NCBI GenBank assembly: GCA_963674805.2 | Contig: CAXXNY010000021.1 | Location: 6,642-70,641 of the forward strand | Direction: 5' to 3' | Origin: Christensenellaceae bacterium | Lineage (GTDB): Bacteria > Bacillota > Clostridia > Christensenellales > CALMFG01 | DNA length: 64,000 bases | In this document: piece after piece, positions 1-9,377 of the stretch | Layout: each line of letters starts with the position of its first letter | Position numbering within the stretch: the first letter of the stretch is position 1 | The notes under the pieces: generated by a model | What the model was told of the DNA's origin: nothing | Database searches by the model: none | What the model saw: the letters and a program-made list of their open reading frames with translations, nothing else | Translations under genes and position numbers: made by a program

Positions 1-112
1 CTAAAAATACCACCGCAAAAAGCATATAAGGCACGATGCTTGCAAAATAGATAAATTGTATGGCAGAAAAATTGATGATAATTTTTCTTGAGATGTTTTT
101 ATTGGCAGTCAT
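1..112 (-). CDS. N-terminal ~37 codons of a membrane-transporter-like gene that runs off the window edge
   Basis: ATG at 112-110 on the minus strand, with GGAG about 12 nt upstream. The translation MTANKNISRKIIINFSAIQFIYFASIVPYMLFAVVFL is a hydrophobic, TM1-like N-terminus. It is too short to assign a family. Confidence 0.3.
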   Translation of the reverse strand, partial: MTANKNISRKIIINFSAIQFIYFASIVPYMLFAVVFL

Positions 113-787
113 TGATTCGGTTACTCCATGGTGTTTTCTTCTGACGGGGAAGTTAAAAAATAAACAGCTGATATGTTGGCGGAGACTGAAAATGAGATAC
201 CGCGTAAACATGTCGTCATCCTTATAACCCAAAATATTATAGTATAAAACCTGGATAAGGCACTAATTATTAAGTAGTATTTTTCATGTCTATTTTGTAA
301 AGGTTGAAGCATACGGGAATGAACCGCGCCTTTTGAGCAGCGCCAAACAGGGCAGCCCGAAAGATGAATTGCCTAAGAAATTCACGTATTTTGGGCGCCA
401 GCGGGTGTTTGGCGGGCCGTTTAACCGCACATTTTGAACACCAGTGTCATTATAGCGGCCTGGCCTCGGCAAATCGGATCAAATTAAAGCAGCGGCATTG
501 AAAAAAGTAAAAATTGTTGCATTAAGGGAAAAATGTTGACCCCTACTAAAGTATTATTGACATAAATTTTAAGCCTATAGTAAGATAAACCGGACCTAAT
601 AAATGATAAGCTTAAACACTTTTTTACATTAACTTGCACCTGAAACATCAACGCAGCACCATACATGTTCTGGTTTATTAACGATCAAAATAACAAACGA
701 ACCCATTGAATTGCGAAGCGTGTTTTCCAATAAAAGTGAATAAACTTATTGTAAGATAATCAAGATTTTTTAAGGAGGCAAAAAAAC

Positions 788-1747
788 GTGAATGATATTC
801 TGAAAAGAATGAACACAACAGGGATTGTGCCGGTTGTGGTGATCGAAGACAGCAAGAACGCCGTGGCGGCAGCCAAAGCCATGTTTGCAGGCGGCGTGGA
901 TATCATGGAAATCACACTGCGTACACCGGCAGGGTTGGATTCCATCAAGAAAGTCGCGGCGGAATGCCCGGAAACGCTGGTAGGCGCGGGCACGGTTTTA
1001 ACGCTGGACCAATGTAAAAAGAGCGTTGAAAACGGCGCGAAATTTATTGTTTCGCCAGGGTACAATGCCAGCATTGTTGACTGGTGTATCGAAAATGATA
1101 TCGTGGTGATACCGGGGTGTGTCACACCGACCGAAATCACGGTGGGGATTGAAAGAGGGTTGAAAATCTTAAAATTCTTCCCGGCGAACGTATACGGCGG
1201 ATTGTCCGCAATGAAGGCGCTGGCCGGTCCGTTCGGGGACATTAAATTTATCCCGACCGGCGGTGTGAACGCGCAGAATCTGGGTGAGTTTATTGCGGCG
1301 CCGTTTATTCACGCGGTGGGCGGCAGCTGGATATGCGCCAAAGGCGATATCTCAAATGGCAGCTTTGATAAGATCACGGCGTTATGTGCCGAAGCGCGCC
1401 AGATTATCCTGGGATTTGAATTCGCGCATATTGGCATCAATACAGCCGACAACGATGATGCGGCCGCGGTCAGTGCGCAATACGGGAAAGCCTTTGGGTT
1501 CCCGGTAAAAGAAGGCGGCAGCTCTATTTTTGCAAGTCCGGGCATCGAAGTGGTTAAGGGCAGCTATCTCGGTAAGAACGGGCATGTCGCCATCAGAACC
1601 AATGATATTAGCCGCGGGATCGATTATTTGGAAAAGAACGGATTTGCGATTGACATGGAAACCGCGAAATACAAGGGCGACACCATGATCGCTGTCTACC
1701 TGACGAATGAAATCGGTGATTTTGCGGTTCATTTGTTACAGAAATAA
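788..1747 (+). CDS. eda: KDPG/KHG aldolase (Eda) fused to a C-terminal ~110 aa VOC/glyoxalase-like domain
   Basis: GTG start 9 nt after AAGGAGG. The first ~205 aa align with Eda (GIVPVVVIED, MEITLRTP, GAGTVL, KFFPA, IPTGGV). Residues ~206-319 (FAHIGINT...GHVAIRTNDI...FAVHLLQ) look like a single VOC module. Confidence 0.85.
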   Translation: MNDILKRMNTTGIVPVVVIEDSKNAVAAAKAMFAGGVDIMEITLRTPAGLDSIKKVAAECPETLVGAGTVLTLDQCKKSVENGAKFIVSPGYNASIVDWCIENDIVVIPGCVTPTEITVGIERGLKILKFFPANVYGGLSAMKALAGPFGDIKFIPTGGVNAQNLGEFIAAPFIHAVGGSWICAKGDISNGSFDKITALCAEARQIILGFEFAHIGINTADNDDAAAVSAQYGKAFGFPVKEGGSSIFASPGIEVVKGSYLGKNGHVAIRTNDISRGIDYLEKNGFAIDMETAKYKGDTMIAVYLTNEIGDFAVHLLQK

Positions 1748-1761
1748 GGAGGATCTGAGAT

Positions 1762-2787
1762 ATGAAATTTCTGACGTTTGGTGAAATTATGCTGAGATTG
1801 AAAGCGCCGGGCCATGAGCGGTTTTTCCAGAGCCCGATGCTGGAAGCGACGTTCGGCGGCGGCGAAGCCAATGTGGCGGTATCTCTGGCGAACTTCGGCG
1901 AAGATGTGGCCTTTATGACGGTCCTGCCTGATAATGTAATTGGTGAAGCGTGTATCCGCGAACTGCGCGGCTTCGGCGTGGACACCTCAAAGATTATGAA
2001 AAGCAACGCAAGAATGGGGATATATTTCCTGGAAGCTGGCGCAAACCAAATGCCGAGCAAGGTGGTTTATGACCGCGCAGACTCGGCGATTGCCAAGGCA
2101 AAGGTCGGGGATATTGACTGGGACAGCGTATTTGAAGGCGTTGATTGGTTTCATATCACCGGGATCACACCGGCGATATCCGAAAGCGCAATGGCACTTT
2201 CTCTGGAAAGCGTAAAAGCGGCAAAGCAAAAAGGCATCACGGTTTCCTGTGACCTCAACTACCGGAAGAACCTGTGGAAGTACGGCAAAAATGCGGCAGA
2301 AGTGATGAGCGAACTGGTGAAATATGTGGATGTCGCGATTGCTAATGAAGAAGACTGCCAAAAATCGCTCGGTTTCAAGGTGGACGCAAATGTTACCGGC
2401 GGCGAGCTGGATACCAAGAACTATGAGAAACTGTCGAATGATGTGCTAGAAGCCTATCCCAATCTGAAAATGATTGCGATTACCCTGCGCCAGAGCGTCA
2501 GTGCGGACATCAACGGCTGGGCGGCATGCCTGAACGACCGTGAGAAGTTCTATCTGTCAAAACACTATGACATGCGTGATATTATCGACCGTGTCGGCGG
2601 CGGAGATTCATTCTGCGGCGGATTGATCTATGGATTAAACAACTATGACAATCATCAGGATGCGCTTGAATTCGCCGTTGCGGCAAGCTGCCTGAAGCAC
2701 TCGGTCATCGGTGATTTCAACCGTGTCAGCGTCGGCGATGTTGAGAAGCTCATGGGTGGAGACGGCTCCGGCAGGGTTCAGCGGTAA
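1762..2787 (+). CDS. kdgK: 2-dehydro-3-deoxygluconokinase (PfkB family)
   Basis: The gene sits 14 nt after eda with a GGAGG RBS. It has a PfkB N-terminal GGG/EAN motif ([10 protein letters not shown]) and the C-terminal [17 protein letters not shown]-anchor motif. Confidence 0.85.
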   Translation: MKFLTFGEIMLRLKAPGHERFFQSPMLEATFGGGEANVAVSLANFGEDVAFMTVLPDNVIGEACIRELRGFGVDTSKIMKSNARMGIYFLEAGANQMPSKVVYDRADSAIAKAKVGDIDWDSVFEGVDWFHITGITPAISESAMALSLESVKAAKQKGITVSCDLNYRKNLWKYGKNAAEVMSELVKYVDVAIANEEDCQKSLGFKVDANVTGGELDTKNYEKLSNDVLEAYPNLKMIAITLRQSVSADINGWAACLNDREKFYLSKHYDMRDIIDRVGGGDSFCGGLIYGLNNYDNHQDALEFAVAASCLKHSVIGDFNRVSVGDVEKLMGGDGSGRVQR

Positions 2788-2840
2788 GGCCATACAGGCC
2801 AATGCCAATCCTTGCATAAAAAAACAGATTACTAAAATTA

Positions 2841-2877
2841 GGGACTTTCCGGCATTTTATCGGGAAGTCCTTTTTTT
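2841..2877 (+). terminator. Rho-independent terminator after kdgK
   Basis: GGGACTTTCCG / CGGGAAGTCC stem with a 9-nt loop, followed by TTTTTTT. Confidence 0.7.
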
Positions 2878-3265
2878 CATACTAAAATGCTTTACGAATA
2901 ATGATATATAGTGTAACATAACTACAATGTAACTTTCCCTCCAATAACTGGTCTGTCCGAAAGCTGTACTTGGCAGTAAAATTAGCTGGCAGAAGGAGGC
3001 GGGACATAAAGACCAGAAAACCACAGATTTACAATTATTATTCGCAATGAGGCGGACTTATATGGGTATGCCTGTAATACAGGCCGATTTGTTTGTATCG
3101 GCGTCTGATCGTTTCAAAAGACACGGTATCTTTATACGCTGAAAAGGACGCGCGGCTTTTTACCGAATCGAAAATTCCTGATAGAGCGAAGATTGCGATT
3201 CGGCTGAAAGATAAAAATCATTTGCGAATATAATAAATCTACTTAATCATGAGGAGGAGAGCGGA

Positions 3266-4624
3266 ATGGAGAAAGCGCTTTCGAAAATTGGGATTAAAAC
3301 AAAAATAGGCTTTGGTATCGGAGATTTGGGATTTAATATCGGTGTGCAAGCAACAGCCCTTGTGCTGATCAAGTTTTATACCGATACACTGCTGATTGGG
3401 GCAGGAATTGCCGGTATTGTTGTGCTTGTTGCTAAGATTGTGGATGCCGTGACAGACCCTGCAATGGGATTTATTGCGGACAGGACACACACCAGATGGG
3501 GCAAATACAGGCCGTACATCTTGTTCGGGGCGATTCCTTTCGGTCTGTCCTTTTTCTTACTGTTAAATGCGCCTGTGACATGGAGCGAAGGCGCACGCGT
3601 AGGCTATGCGTTCGTGACCTATATATTCTTTTGCCTGATGCTCACGGTAACCAATGTCCCATACCAGTCGCTGCTGCCGGTATTAACAAAGCGTGCGGAT
3701 GAACGCGTTGCATTATCCTCATTTCGCTCGGTGCTCGGGATACTGGGTGTATTGATTGCGGCCGTCGCGATTGAGTCCTGTGTCAGCGCTATCGGCGGGG
3801 ATAACAGCGCGCATGGATACCGGGTTGCCGCAGGCATTTTCGGCGGCGTTATGGCCATCACCACGCTGCTCTGCTTTTTTTGGACAAGAGAAAATTATGT
3901 TGCGAAAACCTATGTAAAATTATCCATTGGCGAAAGTATTAAATTATTAGTCGGCAACAAGCCGTTTTTAATTCTCTGCGCCGGCGTTTTGCTGACGATG
4001 ACAGCGGTGAATATATTAGCGGCGACGATTTTCTACTATTTTGAATATTACCTTATGGACGCAGGCGCCGGTCCGATCGGCTTTGGCATCGCATTTTTTG
4101 CCGCGATTGTGACGATGCCGCTATTTGTAAAGATTTCGAAGACCAGAAGCAACCGGGACTCTTACATTTTAGGTATCATTGTGATGATTATCGGATTACT
4201 CGGCATGTTCATTGTAGGCAGATTGAATTTAATCCTTTCGTTTGCGTTTATGCTGGTATTCGGTATCGGCCTTTCAACTCATTACCTTTGCCCATGGCCG
4301 ATGGTTGCAAATACGGTTGAATACAGCCAGATGAAGACAGGGGTCAGAAAAGAGTCAACATTCTACGGGCTGTTCTTCTTCATGGTGAAGCTTAGTGCGG
4401 CGCTGGCCGGATTCATTGTCGGGCAGGTGCTTGAAGCAGGGAAGTATGTTGCGAATCTGGTGAACCAGGCAGACACCGCCCTGATGAGTATCAGAATGCT
4501 GACCACCATTATTCCGATTGTGGTTTTAGCCATAGGGGCGGTGGTGTTGTCGTTTTTTAAGATTACCGGCAAAATGCATGAAGAAATGGTCAGAGACATT
4601 GATGCAAAGGGGATGATGAGCTGA
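3266..4624 (+). CDS. Glycoside-pentoside-hexuronide (GPH) family cation symporter
   Basis: GGAGGAG RBS. The N-terminal GPH signature is present (KIVDAVTDPAMGFIADRTHTRWGKYRPYILFG), with about 12 predicted TM segments. Confidence 0.8.
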   Translation: MEKALSKIGIKTKIGFGIGDLGFNIGVQATALVLIKFYTDTLLIGAGIAGIVVLVAKIVDAVTDPAMGFIADRTHTRWGKYRPYILFGAIPFGLSFFLLLNAPVTWSEGARVGYAFVTYIFFCLMLTVTNVPYQSLLPVLTKRADERVALSSFRSVLGILGVLIAAVAIESCVSAIGGDNSAHGYRVAAGIFGGVMAITTLLCFFWTRENYVAKTYVKLSIGESIKLLVGNKPFLILCAGVLLTMTAVNILAATIFYYFEYYLMDAGAGPIGFGIAFFAAIVTMPLFVKISKTRSNRDSYILGIIVMIIGLLGMFIVGRLNLILSFAFMLVFGIGLSTHYLCPWPMVANTVEYSQMKTGVRKESTFYGLFFFMVKLSAALAGFIVGQVLEAGKYVANLVNQADTALMSIRMLTTIIPIVVLAIGAVVLSFFKITGKMHEEMVRDIDAKGMMS

Positions 4625-4803
4625 CAGCTAAAACAGAAAATCCGCTTTTGCACCGCGCCTTGGTTATTCCATATCGGATTAACGTGTAAAAGGCGCCGTG
4701 TTGATTCATTTGGGACGCCTTGACTTATTCTAGGAAACCGGCGGAATGCAATTTGGCGCACTGATTTGCCCGTCAAATGTCTGCCCGCCTGAAAGGGAAA
4801 ACC

Positions 4804-5475
4804 ATGTACGCAAATTTAATTGTACTCGCTTTGCTTTTATGCCTGCTGCCGCCCTATATCTGGACGGAATACAACTGGGATAAAAAACACTATTTCTTTA
4901 CCAAAATGGCCTGCTCCCTGCTGTTTGTTACCGCAGCGGTGCTCGCGCTTGTTCTTTTAAAACCAGACCGTTTTTACGGCGTGATGATTATTATTGCACT
5001 CTGCTTTGGGCTCATCGGAGACCTGCTTCTGGTCTTTGTTGATACCGAAAAGTACTTTATTCTCGGGCTGTCGGCGTTTTTGGTCGGTCAATTGATTTAC
5101 GGCGCAACCTTCTTCATCTATTTGGGATTGTCGTGGATTGATGCCGTCATATATCTCGGTGTAATCGGGATAACGCTGATTATATTCAAGGCGGGCAAGC
5201 TAAAGTTTGGGAAGATGAAGCTGCCCACAATTGCCTATCTTTTGGGTATTGATTTTATGCTCACCATGGCGGTGTCCGGGCTGTACAAAAGCGGCCTGCC
5301 GGGATTGGTCAGTATATTGGTTGCGGTGGGTGCAGTATTGTTTATCTTGTCGGATCTGATTTTGTCCTTCATGCTGTTTGCGCCCAAGGAGCCGAAATGC
5401 CTGCGTGCGCTTAATCTGATCACCTACTATCTTGCGCAAGCCAGTTTTGCGCTGTCAGTTGCCTATATGGTCTAA
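4804..5475 (+). CDS. YhhN-family (lysoplasmalogenase-like) integral membrane protein
   Basis: A polytopic hydrophobic protein of about 223 aa. I chose the ATG at 4804 (AAAGGGAAAA upstream) over the RBS-less ATG at 4777. The family call is by overall resemblance only. Confidence 0.55.
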   Translation: MYANLIVLALLLCLLPPYIWTEYNWDKKHYFFTKMACSLLFVTAAVLALVLLKPDRFYGVMIIIALCFGLIGDLLLVFVDTEKYFILGLSAFLVGQLIYGATFFIYLGLSWIDAVIYLGVIGITLIIFKAGKLKFGKMKLPTIAYLLGIDFMLTMAVSGLYKSGLPGLVSILVAVGAVLFILSDLILSFMLFAPKEPKCLRALNLITYYLAQASFALSVAYMV

Positions 5476-5563
5476 AGTGGCGTCAAAACCAGCGCGAAAA
5501 TAACAGCGAACTGTCCCAATCATTATTTGGCGCATTTAAAAGCACGGAGTATCATGCCTTACC

Positions 5564-5584
5564 GCGTATACTTTTAGTATACGC
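5564..5584 (+). terminator. Probable terminator hairpin after the YhhN gene
   Basis: Palindrome GCGTATAC-TTTTA-GTATACGC followed by a T-rich tail (TTAATTT). Confidence 0.45.
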
Positions 5585-5799
5585 TTAATTTAGATAAAGC
5601 TGCCCTTGCATGATATGTTGTATTTCATAGAAACACACATGATTGTAATGGTTGCCCGATACCGTGCCTGATTTAATTTTGGGGAATTCAAACTTAATTC
5701 ATTACAATCATTTGCATTACTCTTTAGAACGCGCACTTTATATTGGCTTTTCTGAAACGTTATGCTAATCTGATTACATATCTTTTTTGGAGGCCGCTT

Positions 5800-7386
5800 A
5801 TGCATTATACTTCTTTGGAAAACATGAAGAAAGTATATGACCGTTATATTCGTAACCATGCAGCGTTTAATAAAAAAACCGTAAAAGTCATAGATATCGG
5901 CGGAAATAACATTAACGGGAGCTATCGGGATATATTTGCGTCTCCAAAGTATCAATATAAGGCCGTGGACGTTGCCAAAGGCAAGGGCGTTGATATTGTA
6001 CTGCGCAATCCTTACAAGCTGCCTTTTAAAAACAATTCAGTTGATATCATGATAAGCGGACAGGCATTTGAACATATCGAGTTTTTCTGGCTGACCTTTA
6101 AAGAGATGACGAGATGTCTGCGGGACGATGGCATATGCGTCATCATTGCGCCTTCAAGCGGTCCGGTTCACCAGTTTCCTGTGGATTGTTACCGTTTTTA
6201 TCCCGATGCGATGACGGCGCTGAGTAAGTGGGGAAGCTGTAATTTAATCGACAGCTGGCGGGAAGAACTTGGCGAATGGAAGGACATGGTCGGTGTTTTC
6301 TCTAAAGCAAGCATAAAGCGCTGCTTTGAAAATGATATTCATTATAGCAGGTCAGAATTCTATAAAGATAACGATCGGCATCTTGACGATACGCATCTGA
6401 CAAGCGGACTCTACCCTTATTTTGATGTCTTGAGATATCTGCACGATCAGGTAAAGCCAGATCTTTATTTTGAAATAGGTGTGGATAAAGGGAACAGCCT
6501 AAGACTGAGTCAAACAGAAACCATCGCCGTTGATCCTTTTCCGATTGAGAATCTAACATATGATGAACGTGTGTCTTTATACAAATTAACCAGTGATGAT
6601 TATTTTGAGTTTCGGGCAGAAAGGGACCTCAAAGATAAAGACATTGATATGGCGTTTATTGATGGGATGCACCACTTTGAAAATGTATTAAAAGACTTCA
6701 TTCACATTGAACAGTATGCGAATGAAAACACAGTTGTGGTGATCGATGACATATACCCAATGTCAAGCATACAAGCGCAAAGGAACAGGGAGACGAGTAT
6801 CTGGATGGGGGATGTATATAAAATTCACCATTGCTTAAAGCGCTATAGACCGGACCTTAGCATATGTGTGCTTAATACGGCGCTTTCAGGATTACTATTA
6901 GTCACCCGTTTAGACAGAAATAACACGGTATTGAAGGAACATTACAACCGGATATTGGACGGGTATTTGGGGGAGTTGGATATTGTCGGAGATTATATTG
7001 ACAGGCGCTTTTCTACTGAAGCCGATTACGTGGCACTCATCAATCAATTTCTCAATAACAAAGATACTGCAGCTGGATATAAAACGTCTGCTGCACCAAT
7101 AAGCCAAAGATTCGCAAATGAAGTTTTGGAAACACGGATAACTGATGTCCGCAGAAGCGCAGAAAGTGAAGAAATCATAGATGAAAAAGATCGGACAAAG
7201 GCAAGTCCGGACGAACAAATGCGTCCGGAACCTCCCGGTGCTAATCACAATAATGAAGACGACGCATGCATTCCTGAAAACATTTGCCGGTTAAACCGGC
7301 TGATGAGAGTGCTGTACTTTATATTGTTTGATCGAAAACAAATAAAAATCAAGCTTAAAAAAGCGTTTAAAAAAACCCAGTCATAA
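5800..7386 (+). CDS. Two-domain class I SAM-dependent methyltransferase with a charged, low-complexity C-terminal tail
   Basis: ATG at 5800, 6 nt after GGAGG. The track ORF starts at an upstream TTG with no RBS. The N-terminal domain has VIDIGGNN...DIMISGQAFEHI...DGICVIIAPS (Methyltransf_11-like). The second domain has YFEIGVDKGNSL...AFIDGMHHFENVLKDF...VVVIDDI (Methyltransf_24/CmcI-like). GC content is visibly lower than in the neighbouring genes. Confidence 0.6.
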   Translation: MHYTSLENMKKVYDRYIRNHAAFNKKTVKVIDIGGNNINGSYRDIFASPKYQYKAVDVAKGKGVDIVLRNPYKLPFKNNSVDIMISGQAFEHIEFFWLTFKEMTRCLRDDGICVIIAPSSGPVHQFPVDCYRFYPDAMTALSKWGSCNLIDSWREELGEWKDMVGVFSKASIKRCFENDIHYSRSEFYKDNDRHLDDTHLTSGLYPYFDVLRYLHDQVKPDLYFEIGVDKGNSLRLSQTETIAVDPFPIENLTYDERVSLYKLTSDDYFEFRAERDLKDKDIDMAFIDGMHHFENVLKDFIHIEQYANENTVVVIDDIYPMSSIQAQRNRETSIWMGDVYKIHHCLKRYRPDLSICVLNTALSGLLLVTRLDRNNTVLKEHYNRILDGYLGELDIVGDYIDRRFSTEADYVALINQFLNNKDTAAGYKTSAAPISQRFANEVLETRITDVRRSAESEEIIDEKDRTKASPDEQMRPEPPGANHNNEDDACIPENICRLNRLMRVLYFILFDRKQIKIKLKKAFKKTQS

Positions 7387-7427
7387 TACGGGATATTCTC
7401 CAGTAAAAATTGAGAACGATATAGCGA

Positions 7428-7483
7428 AATGACCTGCTCTGAGAGCACACTGCATTGAGAGCGGCCCGAGAACAGGTCATTTT
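7428..7483. terminator. Bidirectional terminator between convergent genes
   Basis: AATGACCTG ... CAGGTCATT stem flanked by an A-run and a T-run. It lies between the stop codons at 7386 (+) and 7520 (-). Confidence 0.5.
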
Positions 7484-7519
7484 ATGAATTTTAAGTTTTA
7501 AACCTAGTCAGCGGCTGTC

Positions 7520-8491
7520 TTATTTATCCTGCGGATAAACAAGCCCCCAGTCCTTTCTCAAGGCGTCCATCAGCTCGACTACCTCAAGTGTCACCTGATG
7601 CGAGAGAACGGGATGCTCAGTCTTGCCTTGCTTTACAGCTTCCTCAAAAGCCGCAATCTCATACTGCATACCCTGGTCTTTAAATTCGAATTTTAGAGTA
7701 CGGGACGGTTTGCCGGGTTCGTTGATGATCATTGTATCTGTGCAAAACCACCGGTCAGTTAAATGAACAGAGCCTTGATCAAAGTAGAATGTCGCAAAAT
7801 TATCCACATCATTATAAGACGTTTGTGTACAAGTGCAAATCGCGCCATCAAACTCCATAATGATACTACTGTAAACATCGACATCATTTTCGATTTTCGC
7901 AAAACTCGTATACCGATCCGGCATTTTGCCAAATAGATAGCGGAGTACGTGGATGGGATATACGCCCAAATCCAGAAGTCCGCCGCCGGCCATTGCGTTA
8001 TAATACCGCCACCGTTCACGTGTTTTGGTGCCGCCATAGCCCTTATTCGTGGACACAGTATGAAGCTCGCCAAGAGCGCTTGTTTCCTTGATTTCTTTAA
8101 CTTTCTGCATGGATGGGAAAAATACAGTCCACATTGCCTCCATTAACAGCTTTCCGCTTTCTTTCGCTGCCGCCAGCATTTCGCGGACTTCGTCGGTGTT
8201 GATCCCCAGCGGTTTTTCACAAAGCACATTTTTGCCGGCTTTTAGGCAGGCGATGACCATGTCTTTATGGAATGTATGCGGTGAGCCGACATAGATGTTC
8301 TCAATATCATCATGAGTTAAAAGTTCGCGCCAGTTATCATAATAGTTTGGTATACCGAATTTTTCAGCAAATGGTTTTGCGGTCTCCAGCCGTGTGGTTG
8401 CCACAGCGACCATTTCTCTGCCGTCCACGTTTCTGCCGTCTTCAGCAAACTGTGTTGATATCTTACCAGATCCTATAATACCCCACTTCAT
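7520..8491 (-). CDS. Gfo/Idh/MocA family NAD(P)-dependent oxidoreductase
   Basis: GGAGG RBS, an N-terminal Rossmann motif (MKWGIIGSGKIS) and the EKP motif (VLCEKPL). Confidence 0.85.
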   Translation of the reverse strand: MKWGIIGSGKISTQFAEDGRNVDGREMVAVATTRLETAKPFAEKFGIPNYYDNWRELLTHDDIENIYVGSPHTFHKDMVIACLKAGKNVLCEKPLGINTDEVREMLAAAKESGKLLMEAMWTVFFPSMQKVKEIKETSALGELHTVSTNKGYGGTKTRERWRYYNAMAGGGLLDLGVYPIHVLRYLFGKMPDRYTSFAKIENDVDVYSSIIMEFDGAICTCTQTSYNDVDNFATFYFDQGSVHLTDRWFCTDTMIINEPGKPSRTLKFEFKDQGMQYEIAAFEEAVKQGKTEHPVLSHQVTLEVVELMDALRKDWGLVYPQDK

Positions 8492-8495
8492 TTTG

Positions 8496-9375
8496 TTACC
8501 TCCTAATATTGTTATAGAGCGCTGCTTTATCTGAAGCGTTCAGCAGCACTATTTTTTCGGCTGCAGGTTTCTTCCGTTTTGTCCATCGCATACTGCAGTG
8601 ATTCAAACGGCTGAAACGGCAGTGGGTTCTTTTGCCAGTATTTCTTTTAACGCCTGAGAATAGGCGATTTTCAAGTCCCGTACCGATGTTAAACTTCGTG
8701 ATGCCGGCATCAATTAACCGTTTCGTTAAATCTTCCGGCAAGTCGGACCCGCCGTGCATGACCAAGGGGATGGATACCCGCTTTTTAATGGCAATCAGAC
8801 GGTCAACATCAATTTTCTGCTTTCCGTGATACAGACCGTGAACGTTGCCGATTGCGACCGCCAGAATATCAATCTGTGTCTGTTCCACAAATTCCGCCGC
8901 TTGGCCGGGGTCGGTCATTTTTGACTTTGACTCCGCTTCGCCGTCTTCGCTTCCCGACAGCGTCCCAAGCTCTGCTTCAATCGAAAGCCCCTTGGTGTGT
9001 GCGGCATCGGCGAATTTGCGTGTAAACGCGACATTATCTTCATAGCCGAAGTGTGAACCGTCCACCATAATGGACAGCCCCAGATCAAGACAGCGCTGAA
9101 TGTTGGCCTCGTTCTTGCCGTGATCCAGCGCAACCGCCACCGGGACGGACGCGCTTTTAGCGGCGAACATCGCGATGTTGGCAAGAGTGTCTAATCCCGC
9201 AAACTCTAAAATCGGTTCGCCCAGCATCAAAATCACGGGAGGCACTTTGCTTCTCTGCCGCGGTAATCACAGCTTTTGTATATTCCATATTATGCACGTT
9301 AAATGCAGGGACTGCAAATGGTTCGCCGGATTCGTGCGCAATATTCAGTATTTGTTTTGTTGTCAATAAAGGCAT
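8496..9375 (-). pseudogene. Class II (tagatose/fructose)-bisphosphate aldolase, disrupted by multiple frameshifts
   Basis: The N-terminus (MPLLTTKQILNIAHESGEPFAVPAFNVHNMEYTKAVITAAEKQSA) is in one frame. The body (PVILMLGEP...DHGKN...SIEAELG...AIGNVHG...VMHGGS) is in another, with the shift near 9238-9243. The conserved segment KIAYSQALKEILAKEP appears only in a third frame near 8625-8673. At least two further shifts (about 8622-8633 and 8559-8572) are needed to reach the C-terminal EKIVLLNASDKA. Confidence 0.8.
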
Positions 9376-9377
9376 AG

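Noticed and set aside
121-312. 63-aa minus-strand ORF just upstream of the partial transporter gene.
   Set aside because: It has no RBS and no recognisable fold. It overlaps an AT-rich putative promoter/leader region and is probably non-coding.
2921-2933. The 13-mer ACTACAATGTAAC, repeated at 46316-46328.
   Set aside because: Dozens of exact 13-mer coincidences are expected in 64 kb, and the flanking sequence is unrelated. It is not a mobile-element end or a regulatory repeat.
5743-5799. Upstream extensions proposed by the ORF track here, and likewise at 4777, 11918-12931, 15989-16690, 20649, 25306, 29544, 32031, 38086, 47778, 55656 and 57210.
   Set aside because: In each case an internal ATG (or GTG) sits 5-9 nt after a GGAGG-like RBS and matches the family's usual N-terminus. 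The longer form starts at a rare codon or overlaps the preceding gene.
8496-9375. Programmed frameshifting or plain sequencing error as the explanation for the split aldolase.
   Set aside because: Four separate disruptions, with no slippery-site or pseudoknot pattern, argue against recoding. Clean reading frames in about 60 neighbouring genes argue against generalised indel error. Resequencing is still needed.
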